Shown one piece after another: positions 1 through 9,823 of a DNA stretch of 64,000 bases. Both the position numbers and the translations under genes were made by a program. The stretch is taken from positions 256,001 to 320,000 of the forward strand of contig CAWEJX010000020.1 of the NCBI GenBank assembly GCA_963809485.1, written 5' to 3'. Position 1 is the first letter of the stretch, and each line of letters starts with the position of its first letter. The notes under the pieces were generated by a model. That model did no database searches and had not been told where the DNA came from. It was given only the letters and a program-made list of their open reading frames with translations. The stretch comes from an uncultured Acidobacteriota bacterium (lineage in GTDB: Bacteria; Acidobacteriota; UBA6911).

Positions 1-1300
1 CGGCCGCGAGGCGCTCGCCATCCTGCGCAAACAGAATGTGGATCTCGTCATATCCGATATCAGGATGCCGGATCTTTCTGGCGTCGAACTGCTGCGGGAA
101 GCCAAAGCGTTTGCACCCGAGACTGTTTTCATAATGATCACGGCATTCGCGAGCACCGAGACGGCCATCGAGGCTCTGCAGCATGGCGCGTTTGATTACA
201 TCACCAAGCCCTTTAAAATGGATGACCTGCGCGCCATCGTCCATCGCGCTTTCGAGAAAAAGCTGAGCCGCAAGCCTCAGGCCGCCGCGGAACCGGGCAG
301 TGCGGAAGCCCGCCAGGGTCAAAAGCTGTTTCAGGCGCTGCACCAGAGCCATGTTGTGGGCAAAAGCCCAAAAATGGTTGAGGTCTACCGGACCATAGGG
401 ACCGTGGCCGGGGGAGACAGCACCATCCTGATCACCGGCGAAAGCGGGACGGGGAAGGAGCTCATCGCGCGCGCTATCCATGAGGTCTCGGAGAGGCGGG
501 AAAAACCTTTTGTATCGATCAACTGCAGCGCGTTCCCGGAGACGCTGCTGGAAAGCGAGCTGTTCGGATATATGAAGGGGGCGTTTACGGGCGCCGCCAC
601 GAATAAAAAGGGTCTTTTTGAAACGGCTGACGGCGGATCGATCTTCCTCGATGAAATTGGAGATATGACTGCGGCCATGCAGGTGAAGCTGCTGCGCGTT
701 CTCCAGGAAAGGCGTCTGCGGCCCCTGGGAGGCACCCACGAAGTGCCGATTGACGTGCGGGTCATCGCCGCCACCAACCAGGACCTCCAGTCGCGCATTC
801 AGGATGGGCTGTTTCGCGAGGATCTGTACTACAGGATTGCCGTCATCAGCATTCATCTTCCCGCACTGCGGGAGAGGCCCGAGGACATCGCCCTGCTGGC
901 GTTTTATTTTCTCCGTCAATACGCTCAGAAGGCCGGCAAAAATATAGCCGGCATATCCCCGGAAGCGCTTCGCTGTCTGGAAAGCTACAGATGGCCGGGA
1001 AATGTCCGGCAGCTGGAAAACACGCTTGAGCGGGCAGTGGCCCTGGAAACGAGCGCAACCATCCAGCTGGACAGGCTGCCGGAGACAGTCCGAAACCAGA
1101 CGGAGCCGGCGGGCCCAGCGACGTTTGCGCTGCCGGAAGGCCCTTTCGACCTTGAAGAGTTTCTCGCGCGGGTGGAAAGCGATCTCATCGGTCAGGCCCT
1201 GAGGCAGTCGGACGGCAATCAGACCGTAACCGCCCAACGTCTCAAACTGACCAAGGGATCCCTGCGGCATAAACTCCAGTCGCTTCAAATTAAAATCTAG
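1..1300 (+). CDS. pilR: Sigma-54-dependent response regulator (PilR/NtrC family), 5'-truncated by the window edge
   Basis: Receiver tail (DLVISDIRMPD), AAA+ Walker A GESGTGKE, GAFTGA loop, FLDEIG and a C-terminal HTH. The frame is open to base 2. It lies directly upstream of a sigma-54-driven pilin. Confidence 0.85.
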   Translation, partial: GREALAILRKQNVDLVISDIRMPDLSGVELLREAKAFAPETVFIMITAFASTETAIEALQHGAFDYITKPFKMDDLRAIVHRAFEKKLSRKPQAAAEPGSAEARQGQKLFQALHQSHVVGKSPKMVEVYRTIGTVAGGDSTILITGESGTGKELIARAIHEVSERREKPFVSINCSAFPETLLESELFGYMKGAFTGAATNKKGLFETADGGSIFLDEIGDMTAAMQVKLLRVLQERRLRPLGGTHEVPIDVRVIAATNQDLQSRIQDGLFREDLYYRIAVISIHLPALRERPEDIALLAFYFLRQYAQKAGKNIAGISPEALRCLESYRWPGNVRQLENTLERAVALETSATIQLDRLPETVRNQTEPAGPATFALPEGPFDLEEFLARVESDLIGQALRQSDGNQTVTAQRLKLTKGSLRHKLQSLQIKI

Positions 1301-1801
1301 CCAAGGGGCCTCGCTCCTTGAAATCCCCTCGCGCGCAGGTTTCAGTGGAATCCGAAACTATCACAGCGTGCTCGGGGATTTACAGGTCAGGAGCCAGAAG
1401 TCAGAATAAATGCCCTTCAGTTTTTAACTGGGAATTCTAAACTGGGAACTGAATTTCCCAAACTATTCAGACAAACAATTTTCTGAGTAAGTATCCCAAA
1501 AAAATCTTGGCACTTTTTCCCCTGCGCTCATTGATTTCAATGAGCTCGGAGGCGTGCGGCTACGACCTGAAACGGAACCCGGAAAGCCCGCCAGGATGAA
1601 TATCAGGGATTGGCGCGGGCGGCCATCCAAGACAATTTCGAAATACGTTACAGAGCAAAATGGCGGGGAGAAATCCAAAATCGATGAACTGGGATTTTGC
1701 GAAGCAAAGTGCTGAATTCCAGCACTTGAGGTGCTGAAAACAGACAAAAACTTGACACTCTGTCGGGAATGACACGTTGCGAGTCTTGGATCAATTTACC
1801 C

Positions 1802-1814
1802 TAACTGATTGAAT
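1802..1814 (-). promoter_or_regulatory. Putative IHF site
   Basis: Minus-strand ATTCAATCAGTTA has one mismatch to WATCAANNNNTTR and sits in AT-rich DNA about 40 bp upstream of a sigma-54 promoter. Confidence 0.45.
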
Positions 1815-1854
1815 TATTTTAGTTTAAATATTTATCCCAATCTATCGATGGGTT

Positions 1855-1870
1855 TGGCACGCTACTTGCA
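1855..1870 (+). promoter_or_regulatory. Sigma-54 (-24/-12) promoter of the pilin gene
   Basis: TGGCAC-GCTAC-TTGCA is an exact match to TGGCAC-N5-TTGCA, 57 bp before the pilin ATG and adjacent to a PilR-type activator gene. Confidence 0.9.
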
Positions 1871-1927
1871 TTATGCCTTACCGGTCTGCAATGAATTAAA
1901 CCAAATAACGGAGAGGAGAGGAAGTAG

Positions 1928-2440
1928 ATGAAAAAGGAACAGGGCTTTTCACTTATCGAGCTTTTGATTGTGGTGGCGATCATTGCCATCATCGCGGCGA
2001 TCGCGGTCCCGAGCATGCTTACCTCCAGGATGGCGGCCAATGAGGCCGGCGCCATTCAGGGCTGCCGCACCATCGGCTCCGCCGAAGTTGCCTATGCTGC
2101 AGTCAACAACCAGATGTACACCGATCTCACCACGTTGACCGATACGAGCAACGGCGGGTTCCTGGACGAGCGCTACAACAGTGCCTTTAATGGTTACCAC
2201 TATTCGGCGCTTGACACTGTCACCGGCGCTCCCGCTGCTGCATCTGCAGCGCTGCCCGACGGTTTCGGATTCCAGGCTCAGCCGAATACCGCAGACTCAA
2301 CCGGACGCTATGATTACGGTATTGCCGGGGACCAGGTAGTTCGCTACCTGGCGGTTTCCGGAGATGCCGATGCCCCCAAGTGCGGCACCGCGGATTGCGA
2401 AGCCGGCGACCCGATCGGAACGCAGTCTACCGGAAGCTAG
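1928..2440 (+). CDS. pilA: Type IV major pilin
   Basis: Prepilin leader MKKEQG|FSLIELLIVVAIIAIIAAIAVP with E5, strong SD (GGAGAGGAGAGG) and a C-terminal Cys pair. Confidence 0.92.
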   Translation: MKKEQGFSLIELLIVVAIIAIIAAIAVPSMLTSRMAANEAGAIQGCRTIGSAEVAYAAVNNQMYTDLTTLTDTSNGGFLDERYNSAFNGYHYSALDTVTGAPAAASAALPDGFGFQAQPNTADSTGRYDYGIAGDQVVRYLAVSGDADAPKCGTADCEAGDPIGTQSTGS

Positions 2441-2486
2441 ACCTAATCTTCTGCATACAGCACACGTCCACACATGGTTTCATCAG

Positions 2487-2523
2487 GGCGGCTCGGGCTT
2501 CCGGGCCGCCTTTGCTTTTTTTT
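2487..2523 (+). terminator. Rho-independent terminator after the pilin gene
   Basis: GGCGGCTCGG-GCTT-CCGGGCCGCC hairpin followed by TTTGCTTTTTTTT. Confidence 0.85.
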
Positions 2524-2735
2524 CAGCCTGTACTCAGCCTGCGTTTCCGGCCGTATCTTCAAGGTGATGCCACGCAGACGGGCATCAACAGGATTTTCTT
2601 TTCTCCCGTGAGCGGCAAAAATTCCTTTCCGCGCATAGCAGACGCCATCATAATGGAGCCGCCGATCTCTGGCACGGCGATATCTTATAGGGAATTGCGG
2701 CAACTGCATCCATGGAAAGGCGGGAACCCGCACGA

Positions 2736-2906
2736 GTCAGGTACCTCCGGCAAAGCCGGAGACTTGAAAGATTTGAACCGCTCAAAGCGGTTGGAGGAGT
2801 TACGCCGTTCTTGAACGCTGACTTACGCGTTTCTCAGCGTTTCAAAATACGGAGCTGTCAAACTCTTTGAGCCCCCCGGCAGAGCCGGGGGTTTACCAAT
2901 GTAATT
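2736..2906 (-). mobile_element. Non-autonomous IS200/IS605-derived element (PATE/MITE), copy 1, shortest
   Basis: Subterminal hairpins CTCCGGCAAAGCCGGAG, AACCGCTCAAAGCGGTT and CCCCCGGCAGAGCCGGGGG. Near-identical ends recur at 19982 and 53080. No transposase. Confidence 0.75.
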
Positions 2907-5372
2907 ATGCGCGGAAGCTCAGAACCTTTGCCTTCGACTCGCTGGTGGGCGAATCCCAGTTTCGTTGCAGCATCCGTCATTATTGCAACGGGGATCCTGT
3001 TTTTCGCGGACGCGCTTTTTACGTCCAAAAGCTTCTATTACCGCGACATCATTAATTTCCATTACCCGTTGCGCAAAGTCCTCATCGACAGCTATGCGAG
3101 CGGAGAATTCCCGCTCTGGAATCCCTACATTTACCTCGGGCAGCCGATGCTGGCGAACCCGAACTACATGGCTTTTTATCCGACAAACCTTCTGCACCTG
3201 ATCCTTCCGTTCAATTACGCCTTCAAGCTCCACTTCATCCTCCATCCCATTGCCGGTGGGCTCGGATTTTTCTTCCTTGCGCGCCGCCTGGGAATACAGT
3301 GGGTCGCGGCTCTCGCCGGCGCTCTTTCCTATGAGTTTTCCGGAGTCACTCTGTCCTTCCTGAACCTCTACAACATCGTTCCCGCGGTGGCCCTCATGCC
3401 GTGGCTGGGGTGGGCTTTTTGCGGGGCATTTCAAAAGCACGCACTGCGCCGCACCATCGTCCTGGGGATTCTGCTTGCCCTTCAGGTAATCGCGTTTGAG
3501 CCGCTGGTTTTTCAATGCAGCCTCCTGCTGCTGGCCGCGCTGGCCGTGCACTGGGCATGGGAACAGGAGAATCGGGCAAGGGCGCTTCGTCTCATACTAA
3601 GCATTTTGGCCGGAGGCGCGCTGCTCGCCGCCGGGCTCGCAGCCATCCAGATATTGCCGACGCTCGAGCTGCTTCCGCTTTCCGCCCGGGGAGGCGGTAT
3701 CGGGCTGGAGCAGGCTGCCGGATGGTCCGCTCATCCGGCCGATCTTCTAAACACGATTATTCCGAATTTCTTCGGATATCCTTTTACCATCGACGCCTCC
3801 GACTACTGGGGAGAGGGGTACCACGAGTCGAAGACCGGATACCTGGTTTCCTTCTTTTTGGGCTGCGTCACCCTATTTCTTTTCAGCCTTTCTTTCTTTT
3901 CAAACCGGAAAAAGCTGAGAGCGGCGCTGCTGGCCTTCTCCGGCATCGGCATTGTCCTGGGACTCGGCAAGTTCACGCCGGTCTATCCGTGGCTTTACGA
4001 ACATGCGCCGCTTTTCAACCTGGGGAGATATCCCTCCAAATATTTCCTGCTCGTCAGCCTCCTTGTCTCTTTGCTTGCATCATTAGGCCTAGAAGCGGTG
4101 ATAAATCCGGCGCATGGCCGGAAACGCATTTCCGCAATCAAAAAGGCCTGCATTGCGTGGATGATTATGGGGGTTCTGGCGGCAGGTCTGTCTTTCTATT
4201 GGAACCTGAATCGAGCGCCTCTGGAAACCATTATCCGGTCTTCCACCATGCCCCACCTCGCGGGGACCAAGAATTTCCCGGCAATTGCAGCGAGCCTGTG
4301 CCATTCCATCCGAGCCGCCGGGGCTTTCATGTTCTTGAGCGGCCTGCTGGTATTGGGATGCCGGCGCATCGGGAAATTCGCAGCGCTGGGGGCAATGTTC
4401 GCAGTCCTCATACCCCTTGAGCTTATGCCTCCAAACCTCGGTCTTGCGCCGCTCATCTCCAACGCTGATATAGATTTTGTTTCGGAGGCCGACCGGTCCA
4501 TCATCGAGGAGACTTCTCATCATCTGTCCCGGGCGGCTTCGCCGAATATCCTGACGCCCCAACCCACGGACTTCGTGCTTCATGCCCCCAACCGGTCGCT
4601 GGCCTGGATGACGCTTTTTTATCGAAGAAGCGGGCAAACGCTGGGCGGCATAGGCAACGGAATTCAATATTCCATCGACAGGGACATCGACCAGCTCAGC
4701 ACGCGTGAAAGCCGGTGGCTGCACCAGCGCTGCCTTGAATTGCCGCCGAAGGACAGGCTGTCCTTGCTCGGAAATCTTAATTCCGGGATGGTCATGTCCG
4801 TGGGAGAACTGCTGGATCCGCGGGTCGAACTACTGCGCCGCTTCGACACGCACAGCGACCTGGATTATCGACTGTACAGGATGAAGGACGCACTGCCCCG
4901 CGCCTATTTCGGCGCCCATGTTATTCGGGCCGCTTCTGCAGAGGAAGCCGGGAACCGCCTGGTTGGGGCCGAACAAGGGCTGGGGCATTCCTTGATTCTG
5001 GAATCAGCGGTGGATCCGCTGCCGGTTGCATCCCAATCGACCGGATGGGCGCAGGTCGCGCGCTACGAAAACAACCGGGTGGTGTGCCGGGTAAATGCAG
5101 ATTCCGCCGGCTACCTGGTCCTTCTCGACAGCTACTATCCGGGATGGAAGACAACGGTGGACGGGCGGGAGGCGAAAATTTTGCGTGCCAATTTCGCTTT
5201 TCGGGCAGTGCCGGTTCCGGAAGGCGATCACACGGTAGAATTCAGATTCGTTCCGTGGACCTTTTATTGCGGTATGGCAGTGACCTTGTCGACGATTCTG
5301 GGGACCGGCGCATTCTGCACCTGGACTTGGATCCGACGCCGCAGGCGCAATATTCCGGCGGATTTGGTTTGA
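2907..5372 (+). CDS. YfhO-family multi-pass membrane protein (GT-C-type glycosyltransferase)
   Basis: N-terminal D..HYP/G.FPLWNPY...GQP..AN..FYP motif, many TM helices, and C-terminal LVLLDSYYPGWK..VDG..ANFAFRAV.VP.G.H.VEF typical of YfhO. Confidence 0.8.
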   Translation: MRGSSEPLPSTRWWANPSFVAASVIIATGILFFADALFTSKSFYYRDIINFHYPLRKVLIDSYASGEFPLWNPYIYLGQPMLANPNYMAFYPTNLLHLILPFNYAFKLHFILHPIAGGLGFFFLARRLGIQWVAALAGALSYEFSGVTLSFLNLYNIVPAVALMPWLGWAFCGAFQKHALRRTIVLGILLALQVIAFEPLVFQCSLLLLAALAVHWAWEQENRARALRLILSILAGGALLAAGLAAIQILPTLELLPLSARGGGIGLEQAAGWSAHPADLLNTIIPNFFGYPFTIDASDYWGEGYHESKTGYLVSFFLGCVTLFLFSLSFFSNRKKLRAALLAFSGIGIVLGLGKFTPVYPWLYEHAPLFNLGRYPSKYFLLVSLLVSLLASLGLEAVINPAHGRKRISAIKKACIAWMIMGVLAAGLSFYWNLNRAPLETIIRSSTMPHLAGTKNFPAIAASLCHSIRAAGAFMFLSGLLVLGCRRIGKFAALGAMFAVLIPLELMPPNLGLAPLISNADIDFVSEADRSIIEETSHHLSRAASPNILTPQPTDFVLHAPNRSLAWMTLFYRRSGQTLGGIGNGIQYSIDRDIDQLSTRESRWLHQRCLELPPKDRLSLLGNLNSGMVMSVGELLDPRVELLRRFDTHSDLDYRLYRMKDALPRAYFGAHVIRAASAEEAGNRLVGAEQGLGHSLILESAVDPLPVASQSTGWAQVARYENNRVVCRVNADSAGYLVLLDSYYPGWKTTVDGREAKILRANFAFRAVPVPEGDHTVEFRFVPWTFYCGMAVTLSTILGTGAFCTWTWIRRRRRNIPADLV

Positions 5373-5398
5373 AAACGCATTTTTTGCCACAAACACGA

Positions 5399-5465
5399 CG
5401 GCCGCGAATTCCGCCGGTTTTGTCCGGGATATGAGTCCCGGGGCAACCGGTGAATTTCGCGGCCG
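5399..5465. terminator. Long inverted repeat between the convergent YfhO and rpoC genes
   Basis: CGGCCGCGAATTCCGCCGGTT ... AACCGGTGAATTTCGCGGCCG imperfect stem between two stop codons. Confidence 0.5.
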
Positions 5466-5479
5466 CGGTATTTCAGGCT

Positions 5480-8400
5480 TTATCCCAGGTCGACCTGCTT
5501 GGACTTGACAGCGTCCGGATCGTGCGCACCGGACATGAGGTCGGCGTTAGCATCGCCTTCAACCTCCGCCTCGGGCGCTTCCATGGGAACCATTTCCTCA
5601 GTGAGCTTGATGTTGTGGTAATACTCCATACCCGTGCCGGCGGGGATGAGCCTTCCCATGATCACGTTTTCCTTGAGTCCGCGCAGGTAGTCGACCTTGC
5701 CGCTGATCGCGGCTTCGGTGAGCACGCGCGTGGTCTCCTGGAATGAGGCAGCCGAAATAAAGCTGTCGGTGGACAGCGACGCCTTGGTGATGCCCAGAAG
5801 CAAAGGCCGCCCTTTGGCCGGCGCGCCTCCGGCAGTTTCCACCCGTTCATTCTCTTCGTAGAACCGGAACTTGTCCACCTGCTCTTCCAGCAGGAACTCG
5901 GTGTCGCCGACCTCCTCGACTTTGATCCAGCGCATCATCTGGCGGACAATCACCTCAATGTGTTTGTCGTTGATGTTGACGCCCTGCAGACGATAGACCT
6001 CCTGAATCTCGTTAACCAGGTAGCTCTGGAGTTCCTTTTCGCCCAGCACGCGCAGAATATCGTGCGGATTGCGCGGTCCGTCCATCAGCGCTTCACCGGC
6101 GCGCACATATTCGCTTTCCTGAACGTTGATGTGGACTCCCCGCGGGAGGAGGTACTCTTTGACGATTCCGCTCTCGTGGTGCACCTCGATTTTGCGCTGG
6201 CCGCGCACCAGCCCTGCATATTTTACCTGGCCGTCGATCTCGGTGATCACCGCGGTTTCTTTCGGCTTGCGCGCCTCGAAAAGCTCCACGATGCGCGGCA
6301 GACCGCCCGTGATGTCCTTGGTTTTGCGGGTCTCGCGGGGGATTTTGGCTAGGATGCTGCCCGGATAAACCTCTTCCGAATTATCCACCCAGAGGTGAGC
6401 CTTCGACGGGAGCAGGTAGCTCTTGACGACCTTCCCCTTGTCATTCTTTATGCTGATCTGGGGCTGATACTTCTCATCGGGTGACTCGGTGATGACCTGG
6501 CGCACGAGGCCTGTGTTTTCGTCGCGCTCTTCTTTAACCGTTATGCCGTCGTGGATGTCCTTGAATGCGACCGTTCCGCCGAATTCCGTGAGGATGGCGA
6601 AAGAATACGGATCCCACTCTACCAGCACCTGGCCGGGCTTGATTTTCTGACCTTCCTTCACTTTAAGGATGGCGCCGTACGCCACGGAATACCGTTCCTT
6701 CTCGCGCCCCGCTTCGTCGGCGATAATCAGCGTTCCGTTCCGGTTCATAACCACCAGGTTGCCGTCCCTGTTGGTCACGTGCTGGATGTTCAGGAACTTG
6801 ACGATCCCTTCGTTCTTGGATTCCTCTGTCGACTGTTCGTGGGTCCGGCTTGCCGTACCGCCGATATGGAACGTCCGCATGGTCAACTGCGTTCCGGGTT
6901 CGCCGATGGACTGGGCGGCGATCACGCCCGTGGCTTCGCCGAGGTCCACCATCTGCCCGGTCGCGAGGTTGCGCCCGTAACATTTGATGCAAACACCCCG
7001 TTTGGCTTTGCAGGTCAAAACGGAACGGATCTTGACCCGCTCGATGCCTGCCGCCTGTATGTCGGAGGCCAGGGTTTCGGTGATATCTTCATTCACGCCC
7101 AGGATGGTCTCTCCCGTTAGCGGGTCTTTGATATTTTCGAGCGACACGCGCCCGACGATACGGTCGCGCAGCGGCTCGATGATCTCTCCGCCTTCGATGA
7201 TGGAAGTCACATAAATGCCGTCCAGGGTATTACAGTCGAATGTCGAAACGATCACGTCCTGTGCGACATCGACCAGGCGCCGGGTCAGATAGCCCGAATC
7301 GGCCGTTTTGAGCGCCGTATCGGCGAGACCCTTGCGGGCGCCGTGGGTCGAAATGAAGTACTGCAACACATCCAGGCCTTCGCGGAAATTGGCCGTGATC
7401 GGGGTTTCGATGATTTCGCCCGAAGGTTTCGCCATCAGGCCGCGCATGCCGGCGAGCTGCCGGATCTGCTGTTTGCTTCCGCGCGCTCCGGAGTCCGCCA
7501 TGATGTAAATCGGGTTGAATTCATACCCGCTCTCATCCTGCTGCGCCATCTTGCGGAACATTTCATCGGATACTTTTTCGGTCACATCGGACCAGATATC
7601 GATGATCTTGTTGTAGCGTTCGCCATCGGTGATGGCGCCGTCCTGGTATTGCTTTTCCACCTCGATGACGCTTTCGCGGGCGCCATCGACCAGATCGCCC
7701 TTGTTGTCGGGCACGATCAGATCGTCGATGCCGATGGAAATTCCGGCCATGGTCGCGTGCAGGAAGCCGAGGTTTTTCAGGTCGTCGAGCATCTGCACCG
7801 TGGTTTCGAGGCCGAAATTCAGGTAGCAGTAGTTGACCAGCTGCTGCAGCCCTTTCTTTTTCATCAGGCCGTTGATGAAGGGCATGCCTTTGGGAAGTAT
7901 CGAATTGAAAATCAGGCGCCCGATCGTTGTGTTGACGAATTCCTGATTCACTTCGCGGATGTCGGCCCGCATCACCGCCTGGTCGTCATACTGCGTGGTC
8001 AGGTCCATGAGGGCGCCGGTGAACCGGTAGCGGATGGGCGTGAGCCGCTCGACCATGCTGTTGTCGAGGGCGAACATTGCCTCATCGTAGGTCCCGAACA
8101 CGCGACCCTCGCCTTTCGTTCCCTTTTTGGCCTTGGTGAGGTAGTAGCACCCCAGCACGATATCCTGGCTGGGGATGGCGATCGGCTGGCCGTTGGCGGG
8201 GGAAAGGATATTGTGGCTGCTCAGCATGAGCACCGATGCCTCGATCTGAGCCTCCGGAGACAGCGGGATGTGCACGGCCATCTGGTCGCCGTCGAAGTCC
8301 GCGTTGAATGCCGCACAGACCAGGGGCGGGATCTTGATGGCTTTGCCTTCCACCAGAACCGGCTCAAAGGCCTGAATCCCGAGGCGGTGCAGCGTAGGGG

Positions 8401-9676
8401 CGCGGTTCAGCAGCACCGGGTGGTCCTTGATGACCTCCTCGAGGATGTCCCAAACCACATATTCCTGCCGCTCCACCATCTCTTTGGCGCCTTTGATGGT
8501 CGCCGCATGTCCTTCTTTCTCGAGCCGGTTGTAAATGAACGGCTTGAAAAGCTCCAGGGCCATCTTCTTGGGCAACCCGCACTGGTGCAGTTTCAGCTCG
8601 GGGCCGACCACGATAACCGAGCGGCCGGAATAGTCCACGCGCTTGCCCAGGAGGTTCTGACGGAATCGCCCGGATTTTCCTTTGAGGGTGTCGCTGAGCG
8701 ATTTCAGCGGACGGTTGTTCGCGCCGCGTAGGACGCGGCCGCGCCGCCCGTTGTCGAACATCGCGTCCACCGCTTCCTGAAGCATCCTCTTCTCGTTCCG
8801 GATAATGACTTCGGGTGCCCGGAGCTCCATCAGCTTTTTCAGACGGTTGTTCCGGTTGATCACGCGCCGGTAGAGGTCGTTGAGATCCGAGGTGGCGAAT
8901 CGTCCTCCGTCGAGGGGAACGAGGGGCCGCAGTTCCGGAGGGATAACCGGGATAACGTCCAGGATCATCCATTCGGGCTTGTTGCCCGATTTGCGGAACG
9001 CGTCCACAACTTTCAGGCGCTTGGCATACTTGATGCGCTTCAGCTGCGAGGTTTCCGTCTTCATGGACGCGCGTAGCTCATCGGCAATCTCTTCGATGTC
9101 CACCTGCTTCAGAAGCTCCTTGATCGCCTCCGCGCCCATCATGGCCCTGAATTTGCCCGGGTATTCCTGTATCAGCGCCCGGTACTTCTCTTCGTTGAGG
9201 AGTTCCCCGGCCTTGACCGGAGCATCCCCGGCATCGACCACGACGTAAGCCTCGAAATAGAGCACCCGCTCCAGGTCCCTGAGGCTGATGTCGAGAAGGT
9301 GGCCGATGCGGCTGGGCAGCCCCTTGAAAAACCAGACGTGGGAGCACGGAGAAGCCAGTTCGATGTGGCCCAGCCTCTCACGCCGCACCTTGGAAAGGGT
9401 CACTTCCACACCGCATTTGTCGCAAACGACTCCGCGGTACTTCATGCGTTTGTATTTGCCGCACAGGCATTCCCAGTCCGTGACAGGGCCGAAAATCCGG
9501 GCGCAAAAAAGCCCGTCTTTCTCAGGCTTGAAGGTACGGTAGTTGATGGTCTCGGGCTTGGTAACCTCCCCGCGCGACCAGGCTCGTATCTTCTCCGGCG
9601 ATGCCAGGCTGATCCGAATGCTGTCGAAGTCAGTGCTCAAATCCGATTTTTCCATCACATCTTTAAAACTTCTCAA
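5480..9676 (-). CDS. rpoC: DNA-directed RNA polymerase beta' subunit
   Basis: [12 protein letters not shown] catalytic motif, N-terminal Zn finger (CLCGKYK...CDKC), 1398 aa. Confidence 0.99.
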   Translation of the reverse strand: MRSFKDVMEKSDLSTDFDSIRISLASPEKIRAWSRGEVTKPETINYRTFKPEKDGLFCARIFGPVTDWECLCGKYKRMKYRGVVCDKCGVEVTLSKVRRERLGHIELASPCSHVWFFKGLPSRIGHLLDISLRDLERVLYFEAYVVVDAGDAPVKAGELLNEEKYRALIQEYPGKFRAMMGAEAIKELLKQVDIEEIADELRASMKTETSQLKRIKYAKRLKVVDAFRKSGNKPEWMILDVIPVIPPELRPLVPLDGGRFATSDLNDLYRRVINRNNRLKKLMELRAPEVIIRNEKRMLQEAVDAMFDNGRRGRVLRGANNRPLKSLSDTLKGKSGRFRQNLLGKRVDYSGRSVIVVGPELKLHQCGLPKKMALELFKPFIYNRLEKEGHAATIKGAKEMVERQEYVVWDILEEVIKDHPVLLNRAPTLHRLGIQAFEPVLVEGKAIKIPPLVCAAFNADFDGDQMAVHIPLSPEAQIEASVLMLSSHNILSPANGQPIAIPSQDIVLGCYYLTKAKKGTKGEGRVFGTYDEAMFALDNSMVERLTPIRYRFTGALMDLTTQYDDQAVMRADIREVNQEFVNTTIGRLIFNSILPKGMPFINGLMKKKGLQQLVNYCYLNFGLETTVQMLDDLKNLGFLHATMAGISIGIDDLIVPDNKGDLVDGARESVIEVEKQYQDGAITDGERYNKIIDIWSDVTEKVSDEMFRKMAQQDESGYEFNPIYIMADSGARGSKQQIRQLAGMRGLMAKPSGEIIETPITANFREGLDVLQYFISTHGARKGLADTALKTADSGYLTRRLVDVAQDVIVSTFDCNTLDGIYVTSIIEGGEIIEPLRDRIVGRVSLENIKDPLTGETILGVNEDITETLASDIQAAGIERVKIRSVLTCKAKRGVCIKCYGRNLATGQMVDLGEATGVIAAQSIGEPGTQLTMRTFHIGGTASRTHEQSTEESKNEGIVKFLNIQHVTNRDGNLVVMNRNGTLIIADEAGREKERYSVAYGAILKVKEGQKIKPGQVLVEWDPYSFAILTEFGGTVAFKDIHDGITVKEERDENTGLVRQVITESPDEKYQPQISIKNDKGKVVKSYLLPSKAHLWVDNSEEVYPGSILAKIPRETRKTKDITGGLPRIVELFEARKPKETAVITEIDGQVKYAGLVRGQRKIEVHHESGIVKEYLLPRGVHINVQESEYVRAGEALMDGPRNPHDILRVLGEKELQSYLVNEIQEVYRLQGVNINDKHIEVIVRQMMRWIKVEEVGDTEFLLEEQVDKFRFYEENERVETAGGAPAKGRPLLLGITKASLSTDSFISAASFQETTRVLTEAAISGKVDYLRGLKENVIMGRLIPAGTGMEYYHNIKLTEEMVPMEAPEAEVEGDANADLMSGAHDPDAVKSKQVDLG

Positions 9677-9760
9677 TTGCCCCCCCCATCCTATGAGGTT
9701 TAATCCCGCAATTCGTTTAATCCAAATTCAACGTTTCGTTCCAGCTGAAGGCTGGCGCTC

Positions 9761-9823
9761 GAATGACGAATTTCGAATGACGTGTGTTTCAATTCGAGCT
9801 TCGTCATTCGTAATTCGTCATTC
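9761..9823. repeat. Heptamer-based (GAATGAC/GAATTAC) inverted repeat between rpoB and rpoC
   Basis: 22-bp arms at 9761-9782 and 9802-9823 with one mismatch; the same units recur at 27968-28115. Confidence 0.75.

Noticed and set aside
1508-1525. Second TGGCAC as a sigma-54 promoter
   Set aside because: No GC at the required 10-nt spacing from the GG.
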